NCBI RefSeq assembly: GCF_009914755.1
Contig: NC_060946.1
Source of the DNA: the human T2T-CHM13v2.0 reference genome, Homo sapiens
Strand: one strand, 5' to 3'
DNA: 64,000 bases
Below are positions 29,281 through 57,119 of the stretch, piece by piece; within the stretch, counting starts at the first letter, position 1, and each line of letters begins with the position of its first letter. The position numbers and the translations under genes are program-made. The notes beneath the pieces are model-generated. The model saw only the letters and a program-made list of their open reading frames with translations, did not search any database and had not been told where the DNA came from.

Positions 29281-30494
29281 TTACTATGCGCCTTATAACG
29301 TAATCCCCACAACGGCCGTGTAAGCATACTGCATTACTCACCCTTACTTTACAGGTGAATACACTGGTGTGCAAAGAGGTTCTGTAGCTAGTGGAAGCAC
29401 ACAGAGCTACTAAAGGACCAGAATCCAGAGCCAGCAGGAACTCCGTGCACAGTGCAGTGGGAGCCAGGGATGTGGGACTGCAAGTTTCCTCTGCAGGAGG
29501 AGCACCGCCCTGACTCAGTTGCTCTGGTCATCGGTTTCCTCCGGCATATGGTGAGGGATTTGGAGTGGATGATGGCCACACACCAGCTCTACTGGAGTGA
29601 GGCAAGGGCAGCCCTGAATCCAGGCTGAGTTACTAGGAAACAGGAAGATGAGATTGGAGGCTGAGCGGAACTGCTAGAAAGTACCTTGGACAGAGCCAGG
29701 GAGACTAGGCCAAATTCTCTCTGCCCTAACTTCTCTTTCTAGGCTTCTGTAGACACCACCTCTCCCGGCTCCACTTGGCATTTCCTTTTCCCCAGGCTGG
29801 AGGGTTTGCATGAGCAGAGCTCACCAGATTATCTCCTCCAGGAAGGGAAGAAGGAAGGGAGGAAGGGAGGGAGGGAGGGAAAGAAATGGTCCAGAGGACA
29901 AGTATAATCCCCATATATTTGCTCAACTGCTGTCTCACTTGACATCACAAATATCCTCTAGTCATAGGCTTCTGGCACCTGCCATTCCTCAAACCCTCAG
30001 CTCAGGTTTCTGAATGAGCATTTTCCCTTGTTTTTTTCATTCTTTCCTTTAGTCATTTGTGTTCTCCTTGTAAGCTGTGCCAATATAGAGTGTCCACTGA
30101 CACCTACATCTGGGAATAAGTTGAAAGCTGGGTAACTTTGCCTGACATTTACTAAGGGGTTAAAGACCCTGCCTGACATCCTACCCTACAGCCCCTCTGT
30201 CTCCATTTATGGTAGGGCAACCTGGCCCCAAGATGCATGACCTGGAATCTGCCCTGACCCAGGGGGCACCAATCTCACTCTCCATCGGCATGGCTCCAGG
30301 CCAATCTCTGATCTCACAGCCCACTCCTGATGCCTGGACATCACTATGGTTCCAAGATCTTACTCTGACCTGGTGTTACAGTTTGAGCAACTGGGTCCCT
30401 GATGTGCTTCCTGAGTCTGAGCTCCTGCCTCAGTCACCAGCCTAGAATGCATGTTCCTCCAGAGCTGGGGTCCAGCATCTTGCTTTATGATAAT

Positions 30495-31150
30495 CATTCA
30501 TTCCTTCGACCAGTGTTTTGAAGGGCATACTACCTGCTGGGCAGTGTCCTAGGAGTTGAAGATATAGGAAGGAAAAAAACCAGACCAAAATCCCTGCCCT
30601 TGTAGAATTGACATTCTAGTAGAGAAAGAGAGACAATAAATAGGAAGAAGATATGTTAGTATGTCTGTTTATGAAAAGTACCATGGTGAACAAAAACACA
30701 GGGAAGAGGATTGAGACTGGCAGCGTGGGGCTGCAATTTGAAATAGGGAGGTGAGGGAAAGACACACTAAGGTGACTTCTCAGCAAAGACACAAAGAAGG
30801 TAAGTTAAGAAAGGCGAATAGTGTTCCATGCAGAGAAACAGCAAGAGCAGAGGTTCTGAGACAGGAGTGTGCCTGGCATGTTCAAGGAGCAGTGTGGAAG
30901 CCAATGCGGTGGAACAGAGTGGGCAAAGGGAAAAGCAATGGGACCCAAGGTCAAAGGCAGGTGGGACCGTGTGGGGGCTACTGGGTAGAGCAGTGACATG
31001 ATCTGATGTATTTTAACAGGATCACCCTGGCTGCAGAGTGGAGAATCAGCGGGGGAAAGAGTGTGAGCAGTAATACCGGTTAGGAGACTCTGCTACAATA
31101 AGCACATTTGGTGGGCAGGCCAGGGTATAAGCAGAAGAGAGGATGAGAAT
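30495..31150 (-). mobile_element. L2 3' region
   Basis: tcattcattccttc...ccctgcccttgtagaattgacattctagt...ggatcaccctggctgc. Confidence 0.7.
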
Positions 31151-31821
31151 TGGCTAGAGTAATCATTGTGCTTCTTATTAATTGGAATAAAATGCATTGG
31201 CCAAGTCCCAGGATGTGGAAAACACTTGATTCCCATGAACACGTCTACCTTCTAAGAGATGTAAAAGAGACTTAGAAAGCAACGCGCTCAGGTTGCACCT
31301 CCAGGAAATGATGAAACATCCACATTAGTCCAAGTCTGTATGGTTTAAAATATTATCTTGTTTCCATAATCCTGTTTCCTTAGCAATCTTTTCTCCCAAA
31401 CCCTCTGCCTACACATAGAAGTCAGTCTCCAAACCCCAGCTCAGAGGTTGACAGATGGTGCCCACTTCCTTTCTGGGGATTTTGGGGCTCCATGGTCCAT
31501 CTGATTGCCTGTCAACAAGACGCTCCATCCCTTGGAACAGGATCCTGATTCTGGGAAGCTAACCAGGCCTCTCACTGCTGTCTGCTGTCCTTCCTTATTG
31601 GGCTGACACCCCCTGCAACCCAGAGCTGCTCAGATCTGCCCTCCAGAGCTGCCTCCTCCCAGGAACTGGGTCCAGTTTTTAACACCCTTTTCCCAATTTG
31701 ATTGTTATCCATGCCTGCCTCTACTCTAACTCTTAACAGCAGCAAGGTCTTATCTTTCTTCTTTAAAACAAAACAAACTACACACACACACACACACACA
31801 CATGCACGCGCGCGCACAAAC

Positions 31822-31852
<31 letters not shown>

Positions 31853-31853
<1 letters not shown>

Positions 31854-31932
31854 TAGTTTGGTGCAAAAGTAATTGCAGTTTTTGCCACTGAAAGTAGTGG
31901 CAAAAACTGCAATTATTTTTGCACCAAACTAA
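31853..31932. mobile_element. MADE1 MITE (Hsmar1-derived), near-perfect hairpin
   Basis: 80-bp palindrome with 37-bp TIRs in a TA context. Confidence 0.92.
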
Positions 31933-34809
31933 TATATAGGATTCAGACTGGCAGGGTGGAGCTGCAATTGTGTTTGTGTCTGTGTGTGTGTGTAAACCAC
32001 ACTCAGTTGTCACTCATATTCACCGTCTCTCTCGGTTAATGCCATTGTCCTTGCACAATCAGATTTTCTTTCTTGTCCTAAAGCATTAGTCAAAATGTTA
32101 AATAGGAGAAAGCCAAAGGCACAGCCCTGTGACTGGCCACACTGGGAGTCATCTGCCCCCTCTGGTCCTACAATTAAACCTACTGAAAATTGCTCCCAAC
32201 TTCCACATTCTGTAGTCCTCATTTCTGTGTCTTGTACTCCTGAAAATCATGAAAAGTCTTCCTAAAGCCTGTGCTGAAACCTTGATATGTGCTATGTCCT
32301 AATTTCTCTGAGCTGTCAGATGAATAATTCCATGAATTAGGGTGGTTGTAACTGGGTCGGTTCTTGGTGAACACACCCACTCCTAGGGAGCTCTGCTCTC
32401 CTCTGTGTGATCACACATTGTTTGTACAATCAGCTCTTCTCAAACGCTGCTGACGATAAACACCCGAATCCCCTATTGCTGAAGTCACCGTTTTGGGCTC
32501 TCAGGAAACCTGAACCCTGCTGCATCCCCTGCCACCTAACCCTTCCCTTCACTCATCTCCCAAAGATCCTTCAGGTGCTCTTTCTGGATCCCAGCTACAG
32601 TGTCCTGCTGTCTTGACAGGTACTTACTCTGGCCCTAGAGACATAGGCTCATTGAAAGCATCTAGGTGCCCTCTAACAGTCTCCTCGTCTTTCATTTTAT
32701 GCTTGCTCCACTATCTCCTGTTTCCTGGTCATTCTCTACCGGTACATCCTGTGTGTCTCTGTGACAGGCCTGGAGATGAGAAAGTTTTGCATTCTTTTCA
32801 ACATCCACCCATGCTTTCTCCTAATGCACCATACGAAGTCCCTTTTGTGGTCCATGGCATTATCCCAATGCTTCAGCTCATTCTACGATTGAACACCTGC
32901 AGGGTCCAACAGCTTCCTGCTACCTCCGTTCCAGATCCTGACTTCCAGTTCTTTCCATGGCCCTAAGTATGTTTCATAAATTTTATTGAAATATAACAAA
33001 CAGTTCAGTGAATTTTCCCAAAGTGAACACACTCATGTAACCAGCATCAGGAACCAGAACGTTACCAGCACCTGAAAGTCATGTTGTTGGCCAGTCACTA
33101 ACCTTCCCCGGGATGACCACCATGCTGACCGCTAACACTGTAGATTTTGGTTCTGCCTCTTCTCAGGCTTGATATAAATGGAATCCCTGTCTGTCCTCTT
33201 TGTGTCTGGCTTCTTTCACTCAACATTGTGAAATTCACCCATATTGTTGTATATGACTGTAGATATTTTATTCTCATTGCCATATGGTTGCCTTAACCTT
33301 TAAAAAATCTGACGTCATCACGAAGATCTGAATGTATGGTTTTCTTTCCACCCACCCCCAACCTGGCTCGTTGTGGTCTCACTTGTATCTATTCCTGCCT
33401 CTATTCTTACACTTCTCCATGCTATTCTTCATTTACCCTGCCAAACTGACCTTTCCAAATCACGTCACCCCCCCACCCCCCGCCAGCTCAATGCATTCAA
33501 TGGCTCCCTGTTACCTCTGGGGTACAAACTCCCATGTCTGGTATTATAAGCCATTTACAATGTGGCTCCAATGTTTCCAGCTTTAGCACCAGCTCTCTCT
33601 CCCTGCACCCTTTATATTCTAACTACTTAGAATATATTAGCTGGCCCATAAACATGGACCACTGTTCTGCCTCTATACCTTTGCTCATGCTATTCCTTCA
33701 ACTTGGAACACTCTTCCCACTCTTTCTCCCACTGACAAAATCCTTTGAAACTCAGGTCAAATGTCACCTCCTTTGTGATACCTCCTCCAGTCACTCCAGC
33801 AGAAATAATTACTACCTTTTCTCAGCATCCATAGTAAGGCTTGGTTCATGCTGAAAGATAGTACTAATCACTTCTTTAAAAGTTAATTACCACATTTCAC
33901 CATTCTAACACAGACATTCTTATTCATCTCTGGAATCAGGATGCACTTTGCCATTGATGGCATCTTGTAGTTGGAAGTATTTTTTTTCTTTCTTGTTGAT
34001 ACATAAAATAATGGTGTTTAAGATTCAGTGAAATATATTTCATGTTTATCTCAGCATATTCTAGGAAAGCTCGCCACACTGCATTGTATAGTTAGTTGTC
34101 TACAATTCTGTGTTCCTTTTCATGTGTGAGACCATAGACACACACAAAGCCAGCAATCTGTTGAATGAAGAGATGTGCACCATGCACTAGTACCTGAACA
34201 TTTACTAGGTCATGGGAGGCAGCGTGGCAGGGAAGACCTCTGAGTGTGGTTCTTCATGAGGTTCCTCACAAGGTTGAAAGAGTTACCCTTTCCTCCTGAG
34301 GTGCTGAGGCCCAGGAGACCGTGGTGGAGGGCTGGAGAGAGCCACAGAAATCTCTCTTCCTTGTGGCTGGCTGTCATGTCAGCTTGCATCGGGGCAGGGG
34401 AGGAGAAGTTACATAGGATTAGTTTAATGCCCAATACTTGATCAGCAAAGCAAGCTTGATTCAATTATAACATCATTCCTATTGGGTAAATAGGATTTGC
34501 TTCTCAAGGATCTGATGTATGGCCTGGTTTTCAGGAGCACGCTATGATAGAACGCAGTAGCATCCTGTTGTGCCAATCTTATTCCAAGCCTCTCTTTTTG
34601 AATAACAACAGTGGGTCTTTTAATTTGCTTTTTCCTAATGAAATCAGTTATTTCTCCTGCCCCCACCACCACTCTATGTTATATTAAATAACAAAGGACA
34701 CAGATAGGCTGGCATCTGACTTTAGTGGTATTTCAGTTACCTTTTGCTCATTTCTTAATATTTCAGCCTTTCAAATTTCATAGGTGGTTTAGGTAAAGGC
34801 CAGTATGTT

Positions 34810-35534
<725 letters not shown>

Positions 35535-36554
35535 TAGTCAAATGGTTTGGGATGATCCACTTTGTATGATGAATGATACTCTCATATGTTGTGTGAGACA
35601 CTGCACTATCCTGCCTGCAAAAGACCCCCTGAATTCAGATGGATCTGTGGCTATGTTTAAAGGATTGGTTGAGGAGAAAGTTTGCTCCTGGGTTCATTAG
35701 GATTACTGAACGAGGTAACAGTTTTACAAGATTTCCTCCAGTTTCGGGTTGGCTTTATAAAGAATCACTATATTTATCAGGTATTGCTTTCTGTTGGATG
35801 GTTTTCCTGGGTATTTCAAGGGCATTGGGGATTGCCAGACCTATCAGCATGATAAAGTTCAATTGCATGGCCATCTGGACTTCCTTTGGGGAGTTTCTTT
35901 GATTGATATCTTTATTTTGTCAGGATCCAGGAAAGCACTTAATTTTCATATGATGTTCATTATCTTTTAGCAAATTAGATGCTGCTGGGAATTTTCTAAA
36001 TTCCATCTTCTCCTTCAGAAAATGGATACCATCGCTTGCAATGTGAAAAACACAATAAAAAGTTTCCTTCTGCCAAGAGTAGCAAACTCTGGCTAATAGG
36101 TCTAAGGATAAGGAATAACTGGCGGGGGGCGGGGCGGCGAGTAAAAACAGATTTATTTTTTACTTCGTACCCTTCTATATTTTGAATTATCTTTTACCGT
36201 AAGCATATATTCCTTTTTTTTTTTTAAAAAGTTCTTGTATTACTTTGCCATTTTTTTATTGCTTTTGTTTCTATTTTTCTCCTTTTCTTCTTTTCCTTTT
36301 GTGAAGTTTGTGCAGAGGATGACAAATTCAGTTCATTTTAAAAAAAACTCCAACAACAAAACAGCAACCAACCCGCCATATTTGGTTTCTGTATTTACTA
36401 TTGTTTTTTCCTGTTTCAGTTTTCTTTTTATCTCTGCTCTGGTCTTTCTCAATATTAGATTTACTCTTATAATAGAAATAAAAAAAAAAAAAACAATGTC
36501 AGCATCTCTAAACTGTGGGAGGGGGAGCTGTTAGGAACTCTTTAGACAATCTGA

Positions 36555-37890
<1,336 letters not shown>

Positions 37891-39817
37891 TGAAATCCTC
37901 TTAAAGCATGTGCTGGGATGGGTTGTGACCCCAAGGTCAGCCCTGCCAGGTGCGAACAGGTGAGCAACACCTGCTCCTTCTCAAGCCACCCCCATTCACT
38001 CCACCTGTTGGAGTCTTTGTTCCTGAATCCAGTGCCCTCTTCCCTCCCCAACACTCTGCCAGGTCTGCTGGGCTCATGCCCTTTCTCCCTTCCACATTGG
38101 CCCCAGCACAGGCATGAGGGTCATCAGTGCCCTCATCTCCATGTCTGTCCCCTTGGGGCTTGGAACTGAGCCATGTGCATACACTCAGGGCCTGGTGGTT
38201 CCCATACTGTGGCGGGGCCTGCATGTCTCTGCCTCCCAGATTAGCATCCGCAGTATGAGGGGCAGCAAGTGCCCAGAGCTGAAGATGTCCCTGCCCCTGT
38301 CCACCTCTGCCTTCTGATCAGTTTTCTGCCTTGGCCCCTCCTCCTCCTCTTCCATTCTTCCAGTTGATTTGAGCCTTGGCAGCAACCATCACCCCCACAA
38401 GGTGACCAGCTATTGTGTTTTTGCCATGTACCGGGCACTGTACTAAGTGCTTTCTGGGCGTTATTCTTAACAGCCCATGAGGTAGGTAGTAGTCACACCG
38501 TTTTACAGATGAGGAAGCTGACAGAGAAGTGAGATAACCTGACCACATAGCGAATCAGGAGTGGTGCTGGAGTATTGATTAGCAGGAGCATTGATTAGCA
38601 ATTACATCTCATTCCCCTCTCCCTGCAGCCCCTCCCTGGCAACCACTAATTACCATTCTGTCTGTGGATTTGCCTGTTCTGTGCATTTCATGGAAATGGA
38701 ATCACACAACACATGGCCTTTTGTGCCTGGCTCCTTTCTCTTGGCATCGTGCTTTCTAGGTGCATCCGTGTTGTAGCACAAAAATTACATCAGTACTTCA
38801 TTCCTTTTCTTTCTGTTGCCTTTATAGTCATATGCTATCATTGTTTATTCTGTTTATTTTTATTTTTGAAAACTAATTATTTTTCTTTCTTTTTATGGGT
38901 GAACAATATTCCACGGTATGGAACAACAGAATTTTATTTATCTGTTTGTTGGCGGATGGACACTTAGATAGTTTGCCCCTTTTGGCCATTATGAATCATG
39001 TCATGTTTCTTGTTCCTTTTGGTTTGGTGTTCCCAAGAAACTCTTTGCAGTGCCCAGTTGTCTGTATTCCTCTAGCTTGGCTATTTGGAAAGCAAGAGAA
39101 AGCATAGCTGAGCATGGGTGAGTGGCTGGGAGGGGTGTGGGGAGGAATGAAGAAAAGGGGAGTTGCAGGCTTTGGGAGAACCCTGCATGGAGGGGGCCTT
39201 ACACCTGGCCCCAGAGCCATCTGCTGCTAGGTGGGTGTTTTTCCTGTGGTTGATTATTAATTAGGGACCTGTCTTCATCTCAGGCAACTCTTCCTGAGCA
39301 TGAACTCTGTCTTTCCACACAACTTGGAATAAAAGGATTGGAGAAAGAGAGTGAAGGGGTCCCTTTGATCAGTGGTCCAGGGCACTCTGTCTCTAGGGAA
39401 CCAAATTCATTTCTCCCCCCAGATCCTTCACTCATTAGAATGGGATTCTGCAAATCTCTCACCATCTCTAAGTGATACTCAGCCCCTCCTGTGCCCACCC
39501 TGCCGGGCTGATGTGGGGAGTCCCGGAGATAATAGGAGATGTCCTCCAGAAGTTGTAAGGCATCACACCCACGTAAAAGATGAACAGGGAACCACCCTCC
39601 ACTGGCCTGGAGCCACCCAAGCAGCCTCTCTGTGTTCAGCCACTACTAAGTCTCCGGCTTATTCCTTCTGGCATTTAGTAAACCCTTACACATCACTACT
39701 GAAGTTCTGATTCTCTTTCTTAATATTCTCCTGCATTTAGTGATTTTTCTAGCCCCATACTGTGAGATTAATAAGTAGGCCCTATGAAAAGTTTAACATG
39801 ACAGTGCAGAGATCTGA

Positions 39818-40262
<445 letters not shown>

Positions 40263-40879
40263 TCGCCCACTTAGTCTTTCTAATCCACTTATAAAGTGCT
40301 CACTGAACTCCATGATCTTCCTGAGACCCAACTTTGATTCAGATGGCTCTACTTGGAAGCCAGTAAACAATGGGATCAGAAGTTAGAACCAATTATCACA
40401 ATTCTCCCTCTGGTCTTTCTGTCAGTAACGTATCAATGGCTGTCTGCATTGCAAAAAGATTAACCAGGATCTTCTCTGATAGAGACTTTCAGAAGATACA
40501 GTGTCTACACCAAGAGGCACATGACACAACCTGGACTCTGGGCAAACCACCAGGTGCACCCACATGAAGGTACCATGGAAATTTATTACGTTGATTTAAG
40601 AATAACAATTATGGATTATAGTCAGTGTCCCATATGTAAGAGGAAGCTATGAATAAGTTAAGCCATATGTTCAAATGTGCTAGTTTTTATTCGCCTAGTC
40701 AAGAAGTATTGCTGAAATCACAAAATTAAATACACATTTAAAAGTCAATTCTGATTCACATTTAATAGTAAGACAATCTTTCAAGCTAATGTCTAAACGT
40801 GACTGAATTGTTGAACATTATTGTGAAGAGATCTCCCTGAAACAGTCGTGCTATATTACAATTTAAAAAATGAATATGT

Positions 40880-42030
40880 TTCTTTAAACAAGAGTTTTAG
40901 ATTGACATAAAGATTGAGCATGTAATACACAAAGTTCCCACATCATTCTCTTCTCTCATCCTACCTTATAATTCCACCTAATATTCACATCTTACATTAC
41001 TGTGTTATATTTGCTAAAATTAATGGGCAAATATTGATACATTAGTATCTAAAGTCTGTCATTCACATAGTGTTCTTTCTTCCTGTTACACATTTCTATG
41101 AATTTTGAAATATTTACTATGTTATGTTTACCATTTCGAACTCATAAGGAATATTCTCACTGCTCCAAAAATTCCCTCTTCTTTACTTATGAATCTCTGT
41201 CCTCTTCTCCAGAAATCATGCCAACTATGGATATTTTTACTGTTCCCTTGGTTTTGCCTTTTCTAGAATGTCATATAGTTGGAGTCATATATTAGGTTGG
41301 TGCAAAAGTAATTGCGGTTTTCCCATTCTTTAAATGCCAAAAACCACAATTACTTTTGCACCAACCAAATATTATGCAGCTTTTTCAGCTGAACTTAGTT
41401 CACTCATCAGTATACTTAAAGTCACCCTGCTCTGCTGCCTTTCTGTGTGTCTCATCCACATGAAGGCATGCCCTCACAGTCTTTCTGATACATGCCATTG
41501 TCTTTTCTATGCTTTGATGGAGAACTCCTTTAAATCACAGAATAATATTGTGTTTTATGGATGATGATTTTTTTCATTCACCTCTTGAACATCTTGCTTC
41601 TAGTTTGGGTGGTTATAGATAAAGCTGCTGTAAACATTCCTGTGCAGGCTTTGTGTGGACGTAACTTTTCATCTCAACTGAGTACATACCTAAGAGCGCA
41701 ATTTTTGGATTATATTGTGAAAATATGTTGGGATTCGTAAGAATTTGGTAGATTTCATAAGAGAAATCACCTGGTTCTGGTGTTGTCTTTTTTTGGAATG
41801 TTCTTAATGTTAATTCACTTAATAGGCTGTTTCTAGTGTGACCTTGGGAAGATTATGTCTCTCAAGGAATTGATACATTTCACCTAGTTATCAAACTGTG
41901 GGAATAGAGTCATCCATAACAGTCCCTGATTATCCTTTTAATGACCAACAGTTTGGTAGACATGGCCCCTCTTTTATTTCTGATATTAGTAATGTGTGTT
42001 ATCTTTTTTTGCTTTGTTAGCCTGCATATT
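40880..42030 (-). mobile_element. Old L1 (L1MC-like) fragments
   Basis: ttttgccttttctagaatgtcatatagttgga...aaagctgctgtaaacattcctgtgcagg. Confidence 0.65.
41292..41369. mobile_element. MADE1 MITE inserted in L1
   Basis: ttaggttggtgcaaaagtaattgcgg...ttacttttgcaccaacc. Confidence 0.9.
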
Positions 42031-42308
42031 TATTAATTGTAACAATTACAATTAATAATTACAATAATTAACTGGGGGGAGTTACCATTGTTAATGTAGA
42101 TGAACACACATCCGGGAAAATGTTACCTATACTGAGCAATGATGGCAACAACTTGTCTTTTCAGTTCTGGATAGGACATAGGCATTTATCCAGCTCTCTG
42201 TTCAAATACACACACACCCACACATGCACACACGTATACACACACACTCACACTTTTACTATGAATAAAATATATTGCACTCCTATCATTTAGAAAATCA
42301 CATAATCC

Positions 42309-42495
42309 AGCTGGGTGCAGTGGCTCATGCCTGTAATCCCAGCACTTTGGGAGGCCGACGCGGGTGAATCATGAGGTAAAGAGTTCAAGACCAGCCTGGC
42401 CAACATGGTGAAACCCTGTCTCTACTAAAAATACAAAAAATTAGCTGAGGTTGGTGGTGGGTGCCTGTAATCCCAGCTACTCAGGAGGCTGAGGA
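42309..42495 (+). mobile_element. 3'-truncated Alu
   Basis: Flanked by tcacataatcca on both sides. Confidence 0.8.
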
Positions 42496-42532
42496 AAGAA
42501 AGTCACATAATCCATTAGGTGATATTCCAATC

Positions 42533-42538
42533 TTTATT
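42533..42538 (-). terminator. RFPL2 AATAAA poly(A) signal
   Basis: tttatt on + strand about 320 nt downstream of the stop. Confidence 0.7.
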
Positions 42539-42853
42539 TAACTCATAACTTCTATAATACATTAATTTGAACTTGCAGAAATAAAAAAGTAAAGCATTTG
42601 GAAATTGATCCCAGAATACAGGACATTTCTATAGGAAACAAGATGTGAACCATAGGACTCAATGAGTTTGATGGTGGCAATAATTAATACTTAGGACTCT
42701 ATAATCTAATCAAATTAGATTAAGTACAATCAAGAAATGTCCCATATTTTTCTCCCGTGACTTTGTATAATGCTTTTACGAAGTAGAGCGTTCCTAAGTC
42801 TACCCACCCAAGTAATTTTCTTACCCTGTTTTTTGTTTTTTTGGAGTGAGGGC

Positions 42854-54561
<11,708 letters not shown>

Positions 54562-56708
54562 CTAGCCTCCAGCCCGTGGCATGTAGCTCCTTCTCAGGGC
54601 ACTGGGCATCCGGGCAGACAAAGCCAGAAAAGCCTAGAACAGGATGCAGAGTGGTAACATTAGAGCGCACCTTGTCATGCTGGCCACTGGGTGGCAGGGG
54701 CCGGTTTCAGCGAAGGTACTCACACCCACACTTCAAAGTCCAGCCTCTCCTTTTAGCGCAAGCTGGCCAGGAACTGCGGCCTGGAGTGGGGACTGCAGAC
54801 ACCACAGTGCCCGGGCTTCCCACTCCACAGGAACAGCTGCAGCCACCCTGGCTGCACTCCTCGGGAAGCAGGAGCAGCAGAAACTCAACCCCAGCCAGCC
54901 CTCCCCACCCAAGTGCCGGTTCCCGTTCCTGATGCCTCCTCCACCCACAGGGCCCTGTAGCCTCCTCGTGTCCACTACTGCGTGCCCCGGGGTCCCAGGC
55001 GGTCTCTGCAACACAGAGCAATAGGAGGCGGGTCCAGGAAGCACCACGGGGCTGGGGCCCCTGCCGCGCTCAGGAAATGCTGTGCGCCCGCCGCACTTGA
55101 GCAAGAACAGGAGGAGGTGGCCGGGAAGAGGAGGACCGCTCCTCTCTTGCAGACCACCGCTGTCACTGACACCTCCACCGCCCGCCACCGGCAGTGCAGT
55201 CCCAGATGGCGCCCCTAACTCATCCGTGCCTAGTACATGCAGCACCCAATGGCGCTGGCAGCCTGCCCCCTGCCACGGGCAGCGCAGCCCGGGATAACTC
55301 CCCAAACCCGCTCTGTGCTGTGGGCAGTGCAGCCACGGATACCACCCTCAACCAGCCCCTCGCCACAGGAAATGACTCCCGGGATAGCGCCCCAAATCAG
55401 CCCCCAGCCTCGGGCAGTGACGCCTGGAGTAGGTCACCCAACCCAACTCCTGCGCGGGCAGTGCAGCACCAGATAGCGCCCCTAAAACGCCTCCCGCCAC
55501 CGGCGGTGTAGCCCAGGATAGCGCCGCCAACCCGGTACTCGCCGCGGCAGTGTAGCGATAGGGCACCCAATCTGCCACCCACCGCCGGCAGTGCAACCCC
55601 AGATAGCGCACCGAACTCACTCCCTGCTGGGCAGTGCAACCCCACATAGCATCCAACCCGCCTCCCCACCCAGCCACTGGCAGTCCGCCCCCGATAATGT
55701 CCCATACACGCTCCTGGCTGTGGGCAGTGCAGCCCATGGGTAGCGCCCCCAACCAGCCCCCAGCCATGGGGAGTGATGCCTCGGATAACACACCCAACAA
55801 GTTCCCCACCATGGCACTGATGTCCCAGGTAGCGCCCCCAATCCTTGCCCCTCAGCGACCAGTGCAGCCATGGATAGCGCCCTCAACAAGCCCCTCCACT
55901 GACCCCCGCCGCTGTGGGAAATGACGCCCGGGATAACGCACCCAACCCTCCCCCGCCATGAGCAATGCAACACGCACTACTGCTCCTTACACGCCCCCCA
56001 CTACATGCGGTGTAGCCAACGATGGCGCCCCCATCTCCCCCTCGCCTCGGGCAGTGTAGCTCCCGATAGTGCATCCAACCCATTCCCTCTGCCCCTCTCC
56101 TCCCACCGAGTCAACCACCGCCGGCAGTCCAACCCCAAATAGCGCACCCAATCCACTCCCTGCCAGGCAGTGAAGCCCCCCGATAGCACCCAACCCGCAC
56201 CCCCACCCCCGCCACTGGCAGTCCGCCCCGATAACGCCCCAACACGCTCCTGGCTGTAGGCAGTGTAGCCCATAGATAGAGCCCCCAACCAGCCCCCAGC
56301 CAAGGGCAGTGACGCCTCGGATATCACAGCCAACAAGTTCCCTGCCATGCGCACTGATGTCCCAGATAGCGCCCCCAACCCGTACCCCAGCGCGACCAGT
56401 GCAGCCACGGATAGCGCCCCCAGCAAGCCACCCCGCGGCTGCGGGAAATGACGTCCGGTAAAGCACCCAACCTTCCCGTGCTGTAGGCAGTGCAGCACCC
56501 AATACTGCCCCTAACACGCCTCCCACCACCGGGTTGTAGCCCACGATGGCGCCCTCAATCCGCCCCCGCTCCCACCTCGGGCAGTGCAGCTCCAGATCGT
56601 GCATCCAACCTGTCCCCCTCCCCGCCCCCTGCCGCAGGCAGTGAGCCCTGGATAGCTCATCCACCCCGCCACCTTTCTACATTCTGGCTGCGGTCTAGTC
56701 TCCCTCAC

Positions 56709-56810
56709 CGCCACCAACGGCAGCGAGCCGAGCCATGCTGCTGCAGGCTTTCAAGCCTCCAGCGTGGGACAGGTGACTCCTCCTCTAACCTGGGCATGGA
56801 GCAGATGGGC
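56709..56810 (-). other. RFPL2: Probable non-coding first exon of RFPL2 long isoform
   Basis: Donor GGCG|gtgagg at 56708, just outward of the palindrome-core promoter; TSS position is approximate. Confidence 0.5.
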
Positions 56811-56864
56811 TGGCAGACGCAGAAGTGCCTGGAATGGCAAGAACCCCTCCCCCCACAGACCGAG

Positions 56865-57100
56865 GTTATGCAAGTAAGGTTTCTGGACTACATGTTCAGA
56901 TTGGATGAGAGAAAAACCTCTAGGTCTACTCTGATTGTGCTTTATTTTCACGTTCTGACTGGATGACAGCAAGTCTTAGGATAACCAATCAGAACAAGAT
57001 AACAAAGCCCGATCAGAGTAGGCCTAGAGGTTTCTCTCATCCGATCAGACTATGTAGTCGAGAAACTTCATTTGCATTAAACTCAGTATATAAAGGATGC
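56865..57100. promoter_or_regulatory. Bidirectional promoter core (CCAAT boxes, octamer, TATA)
   Basis: ATTGG at 56900, CCAAT at 56985, ATTTGCAT at 57070-57077, TATATAAA at 57087-57094. Confidence 0.65.
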
Positions 57101-57119
57101 CAAGAGGGGTGGCTTGCCC

